From Candidatus Ozemobacteraceae bacterium (lineage in GTDB: Bacteria; Muiribacteriota; Ozemobacteria; Ozemobacterales; Ozemobacteraceae): a stretch of 64,000 nucleotides of DNA. The notes under the pieces were generated by a model. It was not told where the DNA came from. It ran no database searches and was given only the letters and a program-made list of their open reading frames with translations. Every line of letters begins with the position of its first letter. Position 1 is the stretch's first letter. The DNA is taken from the NCBI GenBank assembly GCA_965140445.1, contig OZ223236.1, positions 4,288,001 through 4,352,000 on the forward strand, read 5' to 3'. The position numbers and the translations under genes were made by a program. This document shows, in pieces, positions 9,113 to 18,328 of the stretch.

Positions 9113-9538
9113 TTTTTTTTTGAACCCCATTTTTTTGGGTATGGCTATTATCTTCAGCTAGTTGCAACATATTTCTGAAAATTTTGCCGGATTCGCAACG
9201 TGCAATTGTTTCTCTGAACTTCTTAGGTAAGTAGAGTGGCTATTTTTTTAAGCCTTGTTTTAAAGAAGTAAAAAGAAACCCCTTCTTAAGTTTGCAAAAT
9301 ATTGCAATGGTAAAAACGGAGTGGGTTATTTCAATCTGGAGGCCCTTGGAAGCTGGTGGGAGAGATTGCGCAAGAGAACGTTGGCGCGTGATTTGCCTAC
9401 CCCAATATCAGAAAAGACCGTGACAGTAACTTTCTGGCTCATGGCCTGGGCAAACAGGCCAATTCTTCATTTATTTGAGTGTATCTCAGACAATTATTTC
9501 CCCGATAACCCCGATCGTTTTTTTGTTTTTTTAAGTGA

Positions 9539-9672
9539 GTTTAACGTCTGTCGTGACCGGACGCCGAGCGACGCCTTCGGCAAGCGAGGGAATCGGTGCT
9601 GGCGAAAAAGTTGCCGGTTTCTCGCAACTTTTTTGCCAGTATCGACGTTCCGTGTCGACGCACTTGTTAGAT
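9539..9672 (-). repeat. attC site (family B)
   Basis: GTTTAAC...GTTAGAT; near copy of 1838-1972. Confidence 0.92.
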
Positions 9673-9707
9673 TGATTCATTGGCTTTAGTTTTCGATTTC
9701 AAGGGAG

Positions 9708-11069
9708 CTATTTTTCCTTTTGGACTTTCCATAAAAAATACAATTTATCCATTTCTATAGACTTCTCTTCGTCATGGATTGCCTGCAAATCCTTTAGAAA
9801 ACTGGGGCCAAACTTCCCGATTCCTATGGCACTTGCAATTTCAGCAAATTCTGGACCAATCAGCCCCGTAATCCAGCCAATTGTAATAGCACCAATGAGC
9901 CCAGTTATAGCCCTGAAAGGAGTAGATCTCAAATCTCTTTTGGCAACCTCAACCCGTTTATTTAATTCAGAGAGTGCAGGTTTTAGGTAGTTCGAATAAA
10001 TCTCCTGAGCATCTGTTCTAGATAAAACCCCAGATGTTTTAGCAACTTCCCCTAAAGCATTATTAAGAGCCTTTCTATAGTGTATAAACGAGTCTTCTTC
10101 TCTTGACCTTAGTGTTACTAAATTGTTTGGTGAAACATCTTCTAAAAAAGGAACAAGGAATGAGAAGTTCTCAAAAAGAGATTGATTGCGACTAAATGTC
10201 CACTCGTTAGAATGGAGCCCATTCAAAAAGTTAATATGGATATCGTTATCTGTTAAAAAGTTTGTACCAAGACACTCTGCTGTGGATAGGCCAAAAATTG
10301 CATTTGCTGCTGCATTGTGAGCCTGCTTTATGTGAAGAGCGAGATCCTTGGTAAGCGTTTTTGATAAGACGACCTCTTCACCCGAAATTATCTTTTTCAA
10401 GATTCTTGGTCTTGCAGATAGTTCAGGAATCGTGCCATTACAAATAAGAATGTTGCTGTGGTCAAAATAGGGAGCCGGTCCCTCACATGTGAACTCAAAT
10501 CCATCTTCGAACTTCTCACAAATTACATTCATGACCTTGAGATACTGTGCTTGAAGATTTTTGTAGGTCTTATCAAACCTTTTCTTTCCGTTTTCACCTA
10601 AAACTCGCCCAACTTGGCACGTAAAGCAAATATTCATAGGAGTGGGAAAGAATGAAATGAAGCCTTCTTTAATTGCGGTTTCAACTGATGCAACCAAAGA
10701 CAGATCATCTGAAAATCTGAGTAGACTATCATTAAAGTCAACTTCGTCAGTTAGGTGGGTGTGCGTGGAAAAAAAACTTGGAATGGTAACCGAATCGCTG
10801 TACAAAAGTGCGAACCGCGCAAGTCGATCAAGCCTTTCCCTTCTACAGCCTAGCTCCACACAGTGTAGCGCCCCACCACCTAAACTTTCTGAGGCAGAAA
10901 AAGAAAAGGTGTTCTGGGAACTATTTTTTTGTGATTTTGAGATAATTTCTTCAATCTCTTCATTGATTGCAATAAACTCCAGCGGATTTAAACTTGAAAT
11001 GAGGTCTTGGTTTACACCAGAATGAACTAGTAGATCCTTTTTCCAAAGAAACTCAATAAGGTTACTCAA
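9708..11069 (-). CDS. Cassette gene: 453-aa hypothetical protein
   Basis: Long ORF filling the cassette; AGGAGA RBS; C-terminal hydrophobic Gly-rich segment. Confidence 0.8.
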   Translation of the reverse strand: MSNLIEFLWKKDLLVHSGVNQDLISSLNPLEFIAINEEIEEIISKSQKNSSQNTFSFSASESLGGGALHCVELGCRRERLDRLARFALLYSDSVTIPSFFSTHTHLTDEVDFNDSLLRFSDDLSLVASVETAIKEGFISFFPTPMNICFTCQVGRVLGENGKKRFDKTYKNLQAQYLKVMNVICEKFEDGFEFTCEGPAPYFDHSNILICNGTIPELSARPRILKKIISGEEVVLSKTLTKDLALHIKQAHNAAANAIFGLSTAECLGTNFLTDNDIHINFLNGLHSNEWTFSRNQSLFENFSFLVPFLEDVSPNNLVTLRSREEDSFIHYRKALNNALGEVAKTSGVLSRTDAQEIYSNYLKPALSELNKRVEVAKRDLRSTPFRAITGLIGAITIGWITGLIGPEFAEIASAIGIGKFGPSFLKDLQAIHDEEKSIEMDKLYFLWKVQKEK

Positions 11070-11090
11070 AGTTTATTTCTCCTATAATCA

Positions 11091-11192
11091 ATCTAACGTC
11101 GGTCGTGACCGGAAAAACGAGATGGGCGCGGGTGTTGCGTAAGCAAGACCCGTGATCCAGCCGGTTTTTCCGTGTCGACGCACTTGTTAGGT
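11091..11192 (-). repeat. attC site (family A)
   Basis: ATCTAAC...GTTAGGT. Confidence 0.93.
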
Positions 11193-11768
11193 TTTCTTCG
11201 ATTCTTGATCATTTGTTTTTTTTATGTCTTCTATTCTTAAATCGATTTTTGTTTTCGAAAGGAAACGTTCCGTATCGGCTATCTCATTTGGACAATGACC
11301 AGAAATTCGTAGCATGGATTTCAAAGTATAGTGAAAAAGAAGAAGACTTACAGCGATCAATCCGCTTAGAAGGAATGGCCTAGCAATACCATAAGCTATC
11401 GCAACATGGCCTACTAGCGTTAATGAAAGCATAAATGCAATAAAATCGCCGAAAGCATCTATAGAACGAGCTATATGATAAACAATAAATTGCCCGTCTT
11501 TACCAGATGCCCCAAAAGTTTTTTCAACAGCTTCGCCTATCAAAATTTCTTTGTTGTATTGATTCAGGAACCACAGCATTACCTTGTCTTTTGAATTAAG
11601 CAGTCTATTTGTTAGCGATTTTACAATAGAAATTAAAATAGCCCCTAAAATACTTCCAGCAGCCCCTAACACAAGGATTCCACCAACACTTTTGGTTAGC
11701 CAGTCTTGAAGTGCTTGTAAATCAAACATGCAATCTCCTTTGAATATTTGAATAATTGAAGTCCGCAA
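11187..11768 (-). CDS. Cassette gene: multi-TM hypothetical membrane protein (start may be the internal MFDLQ)
   Basis: About three hydrophobic segments; stop inside attC R'' (ACCTAAC); AAGGAG before MFDLQ. Confidence 0.75.
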   Translation of the reverse strand: MRTSIIQIFKGDCMFDLQALQDWLTKSVGGILVLGAAGSILGAILISIVKSLTNRLLNSKDKVMLWFLNQYNKEILIGEAVEKTFGASGKDGQFIVYHIARSIDAFGDFIAFMLSLTLVGHVAIAYGIARPFLLSGLIAVSLLLFHYTLKSMLRISGHCPNEIADTERFLSKTKIDLRIEDIKKTNDQESKKT

Positions 11769-11941
11769 CTAGCTGTGAGCAACTCAATATCCTCTTTTAA
11801 GTAATTCATATTATATTTGTTCAGTCTAGTATGGCAATTATATAGACCGTAAATTTGTCTTTTAACATTCAATACTATATAGGTGATTGGCATATATAGC
11901 CGAAAATTGCATGGCACCAATTTTCTATTTTTTCATTTTTA

Positions 11942-12044
11942 ACCTAACGACAAGTCGTGAGCGGAAAAACGAGACGGGCGCGGGTGTTGCGTAAGCAAGA
12001 CCCGTGGTCCGGCCGGTTTTTCCGCGTCGACGCACTTGTTAACG
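11942..12044 (-). repeat. attC site (family A)
   Basis: ACCTAAC...GTTAACG. Confidence 0.92.
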
Positions 12045-12156
12045 CTCTTCTTTTCATTTTTTTTACAGAAACAATCATAATTTGAATTGATAAATTCAGT
12101 CCATAAATTATTCGAGTGTTGATATCTGCTAAGAGCTAGCGCATTTGTTCAAGTGG

Positions 12157-12549
12157 CTATGGTAAACGATAAAATAAAGCAATTTTCTTAACCTCTAAAA
12201 TATGAATGTCCCCCAGATCATTTGCCTTTCGCATGAGTAACTTTAGCTTAGCCGGTAACTCATCAGGCAATTCTGTTGTATTTGATCGATTCGCCAAATC
12301 TAGAATAAACCAACAGCAGGATAAAAAAGCGTATGAATCTGTTTGCTCTAGAGCCAAATCAATTGCAAAAGGAATTGAATCAAATGCTTCGTATGGCTCT
12401 AAAGTTGCGACAATCGACTCTCGACCTTTTGCAATTGCCCATTCATCCTCTCCCAATCTTGGCAGACAAGTATCAATTATTCTTTTGAATTCAATTATTG
12501 GATTCATGCAATTTACACTTTTCCTCTCAAGGCTCTTATAAACGCCCAA
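12157..12549 (-). CDS. Cassette gene: hypothetical helical protein
   Basis: Co-oriented ORF inside the cassette; start may be MNPII. Confidence 0.65.
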   Translation of the reverse strand: MGVYKSLERKSVNCMNPIIEFKRIIDTCLPRLGEDEWAIAKGRESIVATLEPYEAFDSIPFAIDLALEQTDSYAFLSCCWFILDLANRSNTTELPDELPAKLKLLMRKANDLGDIHILEVKKIALFYRLP

Positions 12550-12592
12550 GAATTCATTATTTATTGGTTTTTCATTTTCTTTAATTTTATCG

Positions 12593-12694
12593 CGTTAACG
12601 CCAGTCGTGACCGGAAAAACGAGACGGGCGCGGGTGTTGCGTAAGCAAGCCCCGTGTTCCGACCGATTTTTCCGTGTCGAGGCACTTGTTAGGC
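12593..12694 (-). repeat. attC site (family A)
   Basis: CGTTAAC...GTTAGGC. Confidence 0.92.
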
Positions 12695-12722
12695 AATTAA
12701 ATTTTTGACCATTATCTGCTTA

Positions 12723-14192
12723 TTAATAAGCAGAATGTGATTGGATATAATTCGTTAGTGAAGCTTGTTTATAAGACCACTGTTTAAGAACTGTCATTTC
12801 TGATTCTAAATATCTTGAACTAATTCGAGTTTCATCAATATTCCACTGGAGAACTCTACAAATAGCTCTTTCAAGGGTATATTTTAGGTGCCAATTTGCT
12901 ACAAAAATCTCATCATGCATGTCACCAGGAAATGGATCCCCATGAATAAGCTTGTTCCTAATATCCACAAGCCCAACTAGTCCATTTTTACCAAAGACAG
13001 GCCACAAATCTGAAAGATCAATTAAATACTTTTGGCAAAATAATTCAAATGCTTCACGAAGAGACACCCTATTTAGCTCATTTAGCTTACAATAAATAGA
13101 TGATCTTTGATCTTTTTCAAGCTTAGGCATCGTTGAATTTTTTAAACATTTCTGAATGTACTTTCTCAAATCGCCCCAATCCTTTTCTGGTATTACAAAT
13201 TCGAGATTTTCACGCCTTCTAAAATCTAAGATTAAAGTTTCTAACCCTGCAAAAGTTTTGAGGAAAGATATCTCCAATGTAGATGGTGGGGAGATAGCTG
13301 AATAGAGAGCACTTCGAAGCGCTAGTTTGTTATCAAATTTTAAAAATTCTGAATAACAAACACGAACAAACTCATCAAATTGGTTTTCATCAATTAAATC
13401 ATCATGAAAGCTTTTCTTCTTTTCAAATTCAGGAAAAACAAAGTTTCCGCGATAAAAAGTGCAGTATGAGTCTTTGTCGCTTGCAGTCCAGCCAAGACAG
13501 GTCGTTCGGTTGCGAGTAGCAAAAGCTACAATTAAGAGAAAGTCATCGATATCTAGCATTACATTTTTCAGAGCTAGAACATCATTCGCTTGAATATCTA
13601 AATCGAGACATGCAACAAGGAAAGGCCATTGAATAAAATCTCCATTTTCTAAAGTTTTTGAGGAAAAATGAGTATCAAACTCCATTCGAATTCTATTTTT
13701 CATCTCAAATTCTTTTTTGATGAGCCTGTTACAGCTGAATTCACCGGTGTAAGAACTAGAAATAGACGCAGGAGGCTTTAACATGTGGTTCGGGCTAATC
13801 CAAAAAACAATTTGAGTGCCTTGCGCATCTTTATTGTGCCGATGACGTCTTATATGAAGATCTTGAGGCTTACCTAAAGCCGTTGTGACAACTATATCAT
13901 GGCCCCAATGCTTAGTTGAACTCTCGGAAAAGTAGACTATTGGAGATTCAATTGTAAGCTCAATTTTTTTATCAAAACCATTAACAACAGCAGATAGTTT
14001 AGCTTGATGAGAATTGACAATTTTGCCTCCCTCTTCTTTTTTCAAATTTAATAATACATAAGGCTTTTCATATATCCGCTCTGGTAAAAAGATTTTGCAT
14101 GGCACATTTACAATTTCTAATTTGTCGATGCTGATTGTTGCATTAACAAGGTAATTTTCATCTCTATGGACATCATAATAATTTGGTTTCAA
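12723..14192 (-). CDS. Cassette gene: HEPN-domain protein (ApeA-like architecture)
   Basis: C-terminal RNKLIHG (Rx4H) preceded by FLKTFAGLE; large beta-rich N-terminal region. Confidence 0.7.
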   Translation of the reverse strand: MKPNYYDVHRDENYLVNATISIDKLEIVNVPCKIFLPERIYEKPYVLLNLKKEEGGKIVNSHQAKLSAVVNGFDKKIELTIESPIVYFSESSTKHWGHDIVVTTALGKPQDLHIRRHRHNKDAQGTQIVFWISPNHMLKPPASISSSYTGEFSCNRLIKKEFEMKNRIRMEFDTHFSSKTLENGDFIQWPFLVACLDLDIQANDVLALKNVMLDIDDFLLIVAFATRNRTTCLGWTASDKDSYCTFYRGNFVFPEFEKKKSFHDDLIDENQFDEFVRVCYSEFLKFDNKLALRSALYSAISPPSTLEISFLKTFAGLETLILDFRRRENLEFVIPEKDWGDLRKYIQKCLKNSTMPKLEKDQRSSIYCKLNELNRVSLREAFELFCQKYLIDLSDLWPVFGKNGLVGLVDIRNKLIHGDPFPGDMHDEIFVANWHLKYTLERAICRVLQWNIDETRISSRYLESEMTVLKQWSYKQASLTNYIQSHSAY

Positions 14193-14241
14193 AGAAATCT
14201 CCCAATTAGTGCTACAAAGATTTTAATTTTTCTCTTTTTTT

Positions 14242-14315
14242 GCCCAACGCCTGCCGTGACCAGACGCCCAGTGACGCCATCGGCAAATGAGGGAGCGTCG
14301 ACAAGCTTGTTATTT
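14242..14315 (-). repeat. Degenerate, internally deleted attC (family-B-derived) at the array head
   Basis: GCCCAAC..CGTGACCAGACGCCCAGTGACGCCATCGGCAAATGAGGGA joined directly to GCGTCGACAAGCTT-GTTATTT. Confidence 0.75.
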
Positions 14316-14629
14316 GCATTTAGTTTAATGTTAATTTAAATCCTCACGTAAATTTGATTGTATCACAAGCATATAAAGCTCTGACAGCCCCAATTTAATC
14401 TGTAAAAAATATAGTTTCAAAAACATTAAGCCAGGCAGCTTTGGCGGGGGCTTTGCCTCCTCAAAAAATCAGAAAAGCATGTCACAGCAACCTGCAAACA
14501 ACCATGATCTACACTCATGTCGCTTCAAAAAACATTCTTGGAGTAAAGAGTCCATTAGACGAATAAGGCTTTCAATAAGTTCTCAGGCTCCCAAAGCTTA
14601 ATTTGAGAAAAAAAGTCAGTGCTGAATTG

Positions 14630-15538
14630 TTAAGGCATCCAAGCGGAAATTGTTGAAAGATAGCTGGCAAAACGATCAAAGTCCAGTTCATACCAGGTAG
14701 AAAATACCTGGACTGAACTAAATCCGCTCTTTTCGTATAATGTATAAGCTTTGGTGTTTATATCCATTACGCTGAGGCCTATTTTTTTGCATTTTTTCTC
14801 TTTTAGAAGCAATACCGCCCATTTTAGCAAGGCGTGACCAAATCCCCTGCCCCGACATTGTGGCAACAGGCATATTCCCTCAATTGAGCCATTATCATTT
14901 TCGATTCGTAATTCTATGGTTCCAATCATTTCCTTGTTATGGAGCAATATTCCTGCAATGCAGCTGTTATCTAAAAAGATGGTTCTGGCATCATCGGTAT
15001 TGTAAGTCGCGGCATTTGGGGTGTTTTTAAACCCCTGGTTGTGAGTTTGAATAAAGGAATCAAAATTTTCTTCATTCAAGTTAACAAAATCAAAGTCGCC
15101 CAATTCTTCATTTGTAAAAACCATATCCCCATCAAGTTCCATCAAAATTAATGAATATGTTTTGAAAAAGCCGAGTAGTTTCAATTCCTCCAAACAATTT
15201 TGATTGTTTTCTCTGATTCCAATGCGAATCCTGCAATCAGAAAAATCGTTTAATTGCTTTATTGCTCTAATTAGATAGCCGGTACAATCAGGAGAGACCT
15301 GGTAGAGATCGGTTAAAAAGATTTCTCCCCTATCAGCTTCACAAACAATTGCACCAACCATAAATACTATCTTGCCCTGCTTGTAGCCGATAAAGAAATA
15401 TTTTCCTCCACTGAACAGCTTACCTTGCAGATAAGCAATTCTATCGCTCACTGGAATCAACTTTTTTTGTTCACAAAAAGCAAAAAATTCATGCTTTTGA
15501 TTCTCACTTAACTCGCTAAAAGCATAAAATTCTTTCAT
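14630..15538 (-). CDS. GNAT-family N-acetyltransferase
   Basis: ICLLPQCRGRGFGHALL (motif A); NTKAYTLYEKSGF. Confidence 0.88.
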   Translation of the reverse strand: MKEFYAFSELSENQKHEFFAFCEQKKLIPVSDRIAYLQGKLFSGGKYFFIGYKQGKIVFMVGAIVCEADRGEIFLTDLYQVSPDCTGYLIRAIKQLNDFSDCRIRIGIRENNQNCLEELKLLGFFKTYSLILMELDGDMVFTNEELGDFDFVNLNEENFDSFIQTHNQGFKNTPNAATYNTDDARTIFLDNSCIAGILLHNKEMIGTIELRIENDNGSIEGICLLPQCRGRGFGHALLKWAVLLLKEKKCKKIGLSVMDINTKAYTLYEKSGFSSVQVFSTWYELDFDRFASYLSTISAWMP

Positions 15539-15641
15539 ATTTCATAACCTCAACTTCTTTTTTAGAATAGCAGATCTAAAAATATTGTTGGCAAAAAATG
15601 TTTATGCTAGTCTTTGACCCCAAAAAGAAAATTAGGAGTTA

Positions 15642-16334
15642 ATGATGCTTAAAGATGGTGAAAAAGGCGTAATCATACAAAGAGACAAAAAAACCTATGC
15701 TGTTGCTCCCCACATCCCTTGCGGCATAGTTACTCCAGAGCTATTAAGAAAACTCGCAGATGCAGCTGAAAAATACAATGCCCCCGCACTAAAAATCACC
15801 AGTGCTGCAAGAATTGCCATTGTTGGGCTTGAAGAATCTTCTGTTGATAACGTGTGGGCTGATCTGGACATGGATAAAGGTGCAGCAGTAGGACTTTGCG
15901 TTAGAAGCATAAAAGCCTGTCCAGGCACAAGTTTTTGTAAACGCGGCATTCGCGACAGTCTCGGCATGGGTCTTCAGCTTGATAAAAAATACCATGGTCT
16001 TGAGCTTCCTGGGAAAATGAAAATGGGAGTAAGCGGTTGTCCAAACCAATGTGCCGAAACCTGCATTAAAGATATTGGCCTGGTTGGATTCTCAAAAGGC
16101 TGGAAAGTCCTCATTGGTGGAAACGGTGGAGCAATGCCACGACTTTCTCATGAAATAGCCAAAGACTTGTCGGACGAAGAAGCCCTTGAAATGATCGAAC
16201 AGCTTATCCAATTTTATAAAGCCAATGCTCGCCCACATCAGAGAATAGGACTTATGATTCAATTGATGGGCGGTATCGAAGAATTTAAGACGAGCTTTGC
16301 CAATTTCCAGAAAGAGTCTTCGCAGGAAAAATAA
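15642..16334 (+). CDS. Nitrite/sulfite reductase ferredoxin-like plus 4Fe-4S/siroheme-domain protein
   Basis: CVRSIKACPGTSFC, KMGVSGCPNQCAE, KDIGLVG. Confidence 0.88.
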   Translation: MMLKDGEKGVIIQRDKKTYAVAPHIPCGIVTPELLRKLADAAEKYNAPALKITSAARIAIVGLEESSVDNVWADLDMDKGAAVGLCVRSIKACPGTSFCKRGIRDSLGMGLQLDKKYHGLELPGKMKMGVSGCPNQCAETCIKDIGLVGFSKGWKVLIGGNGGAMPRLSHEIAKDLSDEEALEMIEQLIQFYKANARPHQRIGLMIQLMGGIEEFKTSFANFQKESSQEK

Positions 16335-16395
16335 TTTTTTTAACTATTAAGCTTTTGTAAAAAAAGTCCTACTTACTGCCGATTGATCCAGTAAG

Positions 16396-17217
16396 ATGCT
16401 TAAGAAAAATAAAACCATATCTGTAATTATGGGACTTTTTATAGTCGCAACCCTTCTGATGGGTGCCGCTATTCGAAAAACTCCGGTTAGAAGTAAGTCC
16501 GATACGATTCCAAAAGGAAGACCTTACTACGAAGCAATGTTTCAGGATGGAGTATTGCGAATTGCGGTCTTCTGGGGATGGGATCATCCAAGAGAAACCA
16601 TTATGGGATCTTTCCCGGCATTTGAAACTTTAAATGGAAAACACCTTTATTACAAAGGTCGACCAATTAAAATTGAAATCGGGATGATTACACAGATTAA
16701 CCAAAATCCCAAAAGCATATTTAAACAAGCACTCGAGGATAAAACAATCGACGTGGTTATATACTCAGGGCATGCCAGGTATGGCGGCGGAATGGCTTTT
16801 GAAACCATGAACGACATATTCAAAAGCGGCAATGGTGACCTTGTTGAAGATCGACATACAAAACCATTCAGAGTCTACAGAGCAACTTCAGAGGATTTAG
16901 ACTCTACTAATTTCCCCGAAAGCTATAGAATCATAATGCTCAATTGCTGTGATTCAGAGGGACATTTCAGGAAAAGCTGGACAAAAAGATTTAAGGCCTG
17001 CAATGCTCCGATAGATCTTTTAACCGTAGAATACCCTGTTTTTAACCTGTATGATAACTATAGAGTTTTGAATCTATTACAGGATCTGCTTGCCTTTGCT
17101 GATTGGAAAACCATAAAGAAGCATTATGACTCACAAATTCATAAAAGAAAAAACAGATTGATCATTAAACCGGTTTTTACAGATAACAATCATGAACTTT
17201 CAGCAAGAAGCCACTAA
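16396..17217 (+). CDS. Exported hypothetical protein, possible caspase-fold (clan CD) peptidase
   Basis: Signal/TM; VVIYSGHARYG and IIMLNCCDS strand-end His/Cys. Confidence 0.5.
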   Translation: MLKKNKTISVIMGLFIVATLLMGAAIRKTPVRSKSDTIPKGRPYYEAMFQDGVLRIAVFWGWDHPRETIMGSFPAFETLNGKHLYYKGRPIKIEIGMITQINQNPKSIFKQALEDKTIDVVIYSGHARYGGGMAFETMNDIFKSGNGDLVEDRHTKPFRVYRATSEDLDSTNFPESYRIIMLNCCDSEGHFRKSWTKRFKACNAPIDLLTVEYPVFNLYDNYRVLNLLQDLLAFADWKTIKKHYDSQIHKRKNRLIIKPVFTDNNHELSARSH

Positions 17218-17280
17218 TTTTTAATTTACTGCTCTCCTTAGATTGAAGAAAAATCGTTTTTGCGGTACACTGCTCTAAGA

Positions 17281-18285
17281 ATGAAGCAGAACAGACTATA
17301 CTATGTGATTTTTGGTTTTTTTTTGGTCCTCATTTGCGGAACCTTTACCTACCGCATAATTGAAGGGCCCCATTGGTCATTACTAGATGGTCTGTTCATG
17401 ACTGTAATCACAATGTTTACGGTTGGTTATGCTGAAGTACACCCTTTATCAGACTATGGCAGAGTCTTCACAATCTTTTTGATTTTTACAGGAGGCGGTT
17501 TCATTGCTTATATTGCCTCTTCTTTTGCGCAGTTAATTTTCGAAGGAAAACTGAGGGAAATTTGGGGGCTAAAACGAATGCGAGACAAAATTAATGACCT
17601 TGAGAAACACTATATTATTTGCGGCGCGGGGAAAACTTCTGCGGAAATTATAAAAAGCCTCGGGCATACATCTCCAAAACAATTCGTGGTAATTGATATT
17701 AATCGCGCAACCATTCAAAAGCTTCAGGAAGAAGATGTTTTTGCGATTGTTGGTGACGCAACCCTTGATGACACACTCATTGAAGCAGGGTTAGAAAAGG
17801 CCGCAGGCCTGGTTTCTGCTCTACCAACAGACGCCGACAACGTTTTTGTTACACTAACCGCAAGAGGCATAAACAACGATGTAATGATTGTTGCAAAAGC
17901 AGAAAAAATCGAAAGTATCGCCAAACTCCGAAGAGCTGGCGCAAACAAGGTTGTTTCCCCCAACATTATCGCTGGAGCCAGAATGGCCGCCATGATTCAC
18001 CGCCCATCTGTAGTAGATTTCATGGATGCTGCAATGGCAGGTGACAATCAGGCTATGCAAATGGAAGAATTCCGGGTGCAAAAAAAATCATTTCTCGATG
18101 AAAAAGCTCTTAAAGATGCGGAAATTCGCCAAAGATCAGGCGCAATAATTGTTGCGGTTCGCAGAGACAATGAAACCATTATTAATCCGGAACCAGGATA
18201 CGTTTTCGAAGGCTGCGATATCCTCGTTGTGTTGGGAACCAAAGAACAGATTTCTAATTTTCAGAAATTAACCAAATCAGTTTAA
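17281..18285 (+). CDS. Potassium channel with RCK (TrkA-N/TrkA-C) domains
   Basis: TMFTVGYAE selectivity-filter-like motif; IICGAGK, GDAT, LRRAGA. Confidence 0.93.
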   Translation: MKQNRLYYVIFGFFLVLICGTFTYRIIEGPHWSLLDGLFMTVITMFTVGYAEVHPLSDYGRVFTIFLIFTGGGFIAYIASSFAQLIFEGKLREIWGLKRMRDKINDLEKHYIICGAGKTSAEIIKSLGHTSPKQFVVIDINRATIQKLQEEDVFAIVGDATLDDTLIEAGLEKAAGLVSALPTDADNVFVTLTARGINNDVMIVAKAEKIESIAKLRRAGANKVVSPNIIAGARMAAMIHRPSVVDFMDAAMAGDNQAMQMEEFRVQKKSFLDEKALKDAEIRQRSGAIIVAVRRDNETIINPEPGYVFEGCDILVVLGTKEQISNFQKLTKSV

Positions 18286-18328
18286 AAAAATAGAAAAGAC
18301 AGATGTTTACTGTCACTTAAGGGGGCAT

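Larger units (their letters stand above)
10..14315 (-). mobile_element. Integron gene-cassette array (11 attC sites, 10 complete cassettes); no intI at the head (CALIN-like); likely continues left of the window
   Basis: Recurring ~100-135 bp imperfect palindromes bounded by ..AAC/GTT.. between co-oriented minus-strand ORFs. On the minus strand, L'' CGT[C]GAC[G]CGG pairs with L' (rc CGTGACCGG), giving extra bases that fix the orientation. Confidence 0.93.

Noticed and set aside
10..14315. Repeats as a CRISPR array or REP/IS elements
   Set aside because: Repeats are ~74-135 bp with R/L boxes and are separated by whole genes; no cas or transposase genes are present
14630..15538. GNAT gene as an eleventh cassette
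   Set aside because: It ends 315 bp from the degenerate attC, and I see no matching R' box or attC/attI upstream
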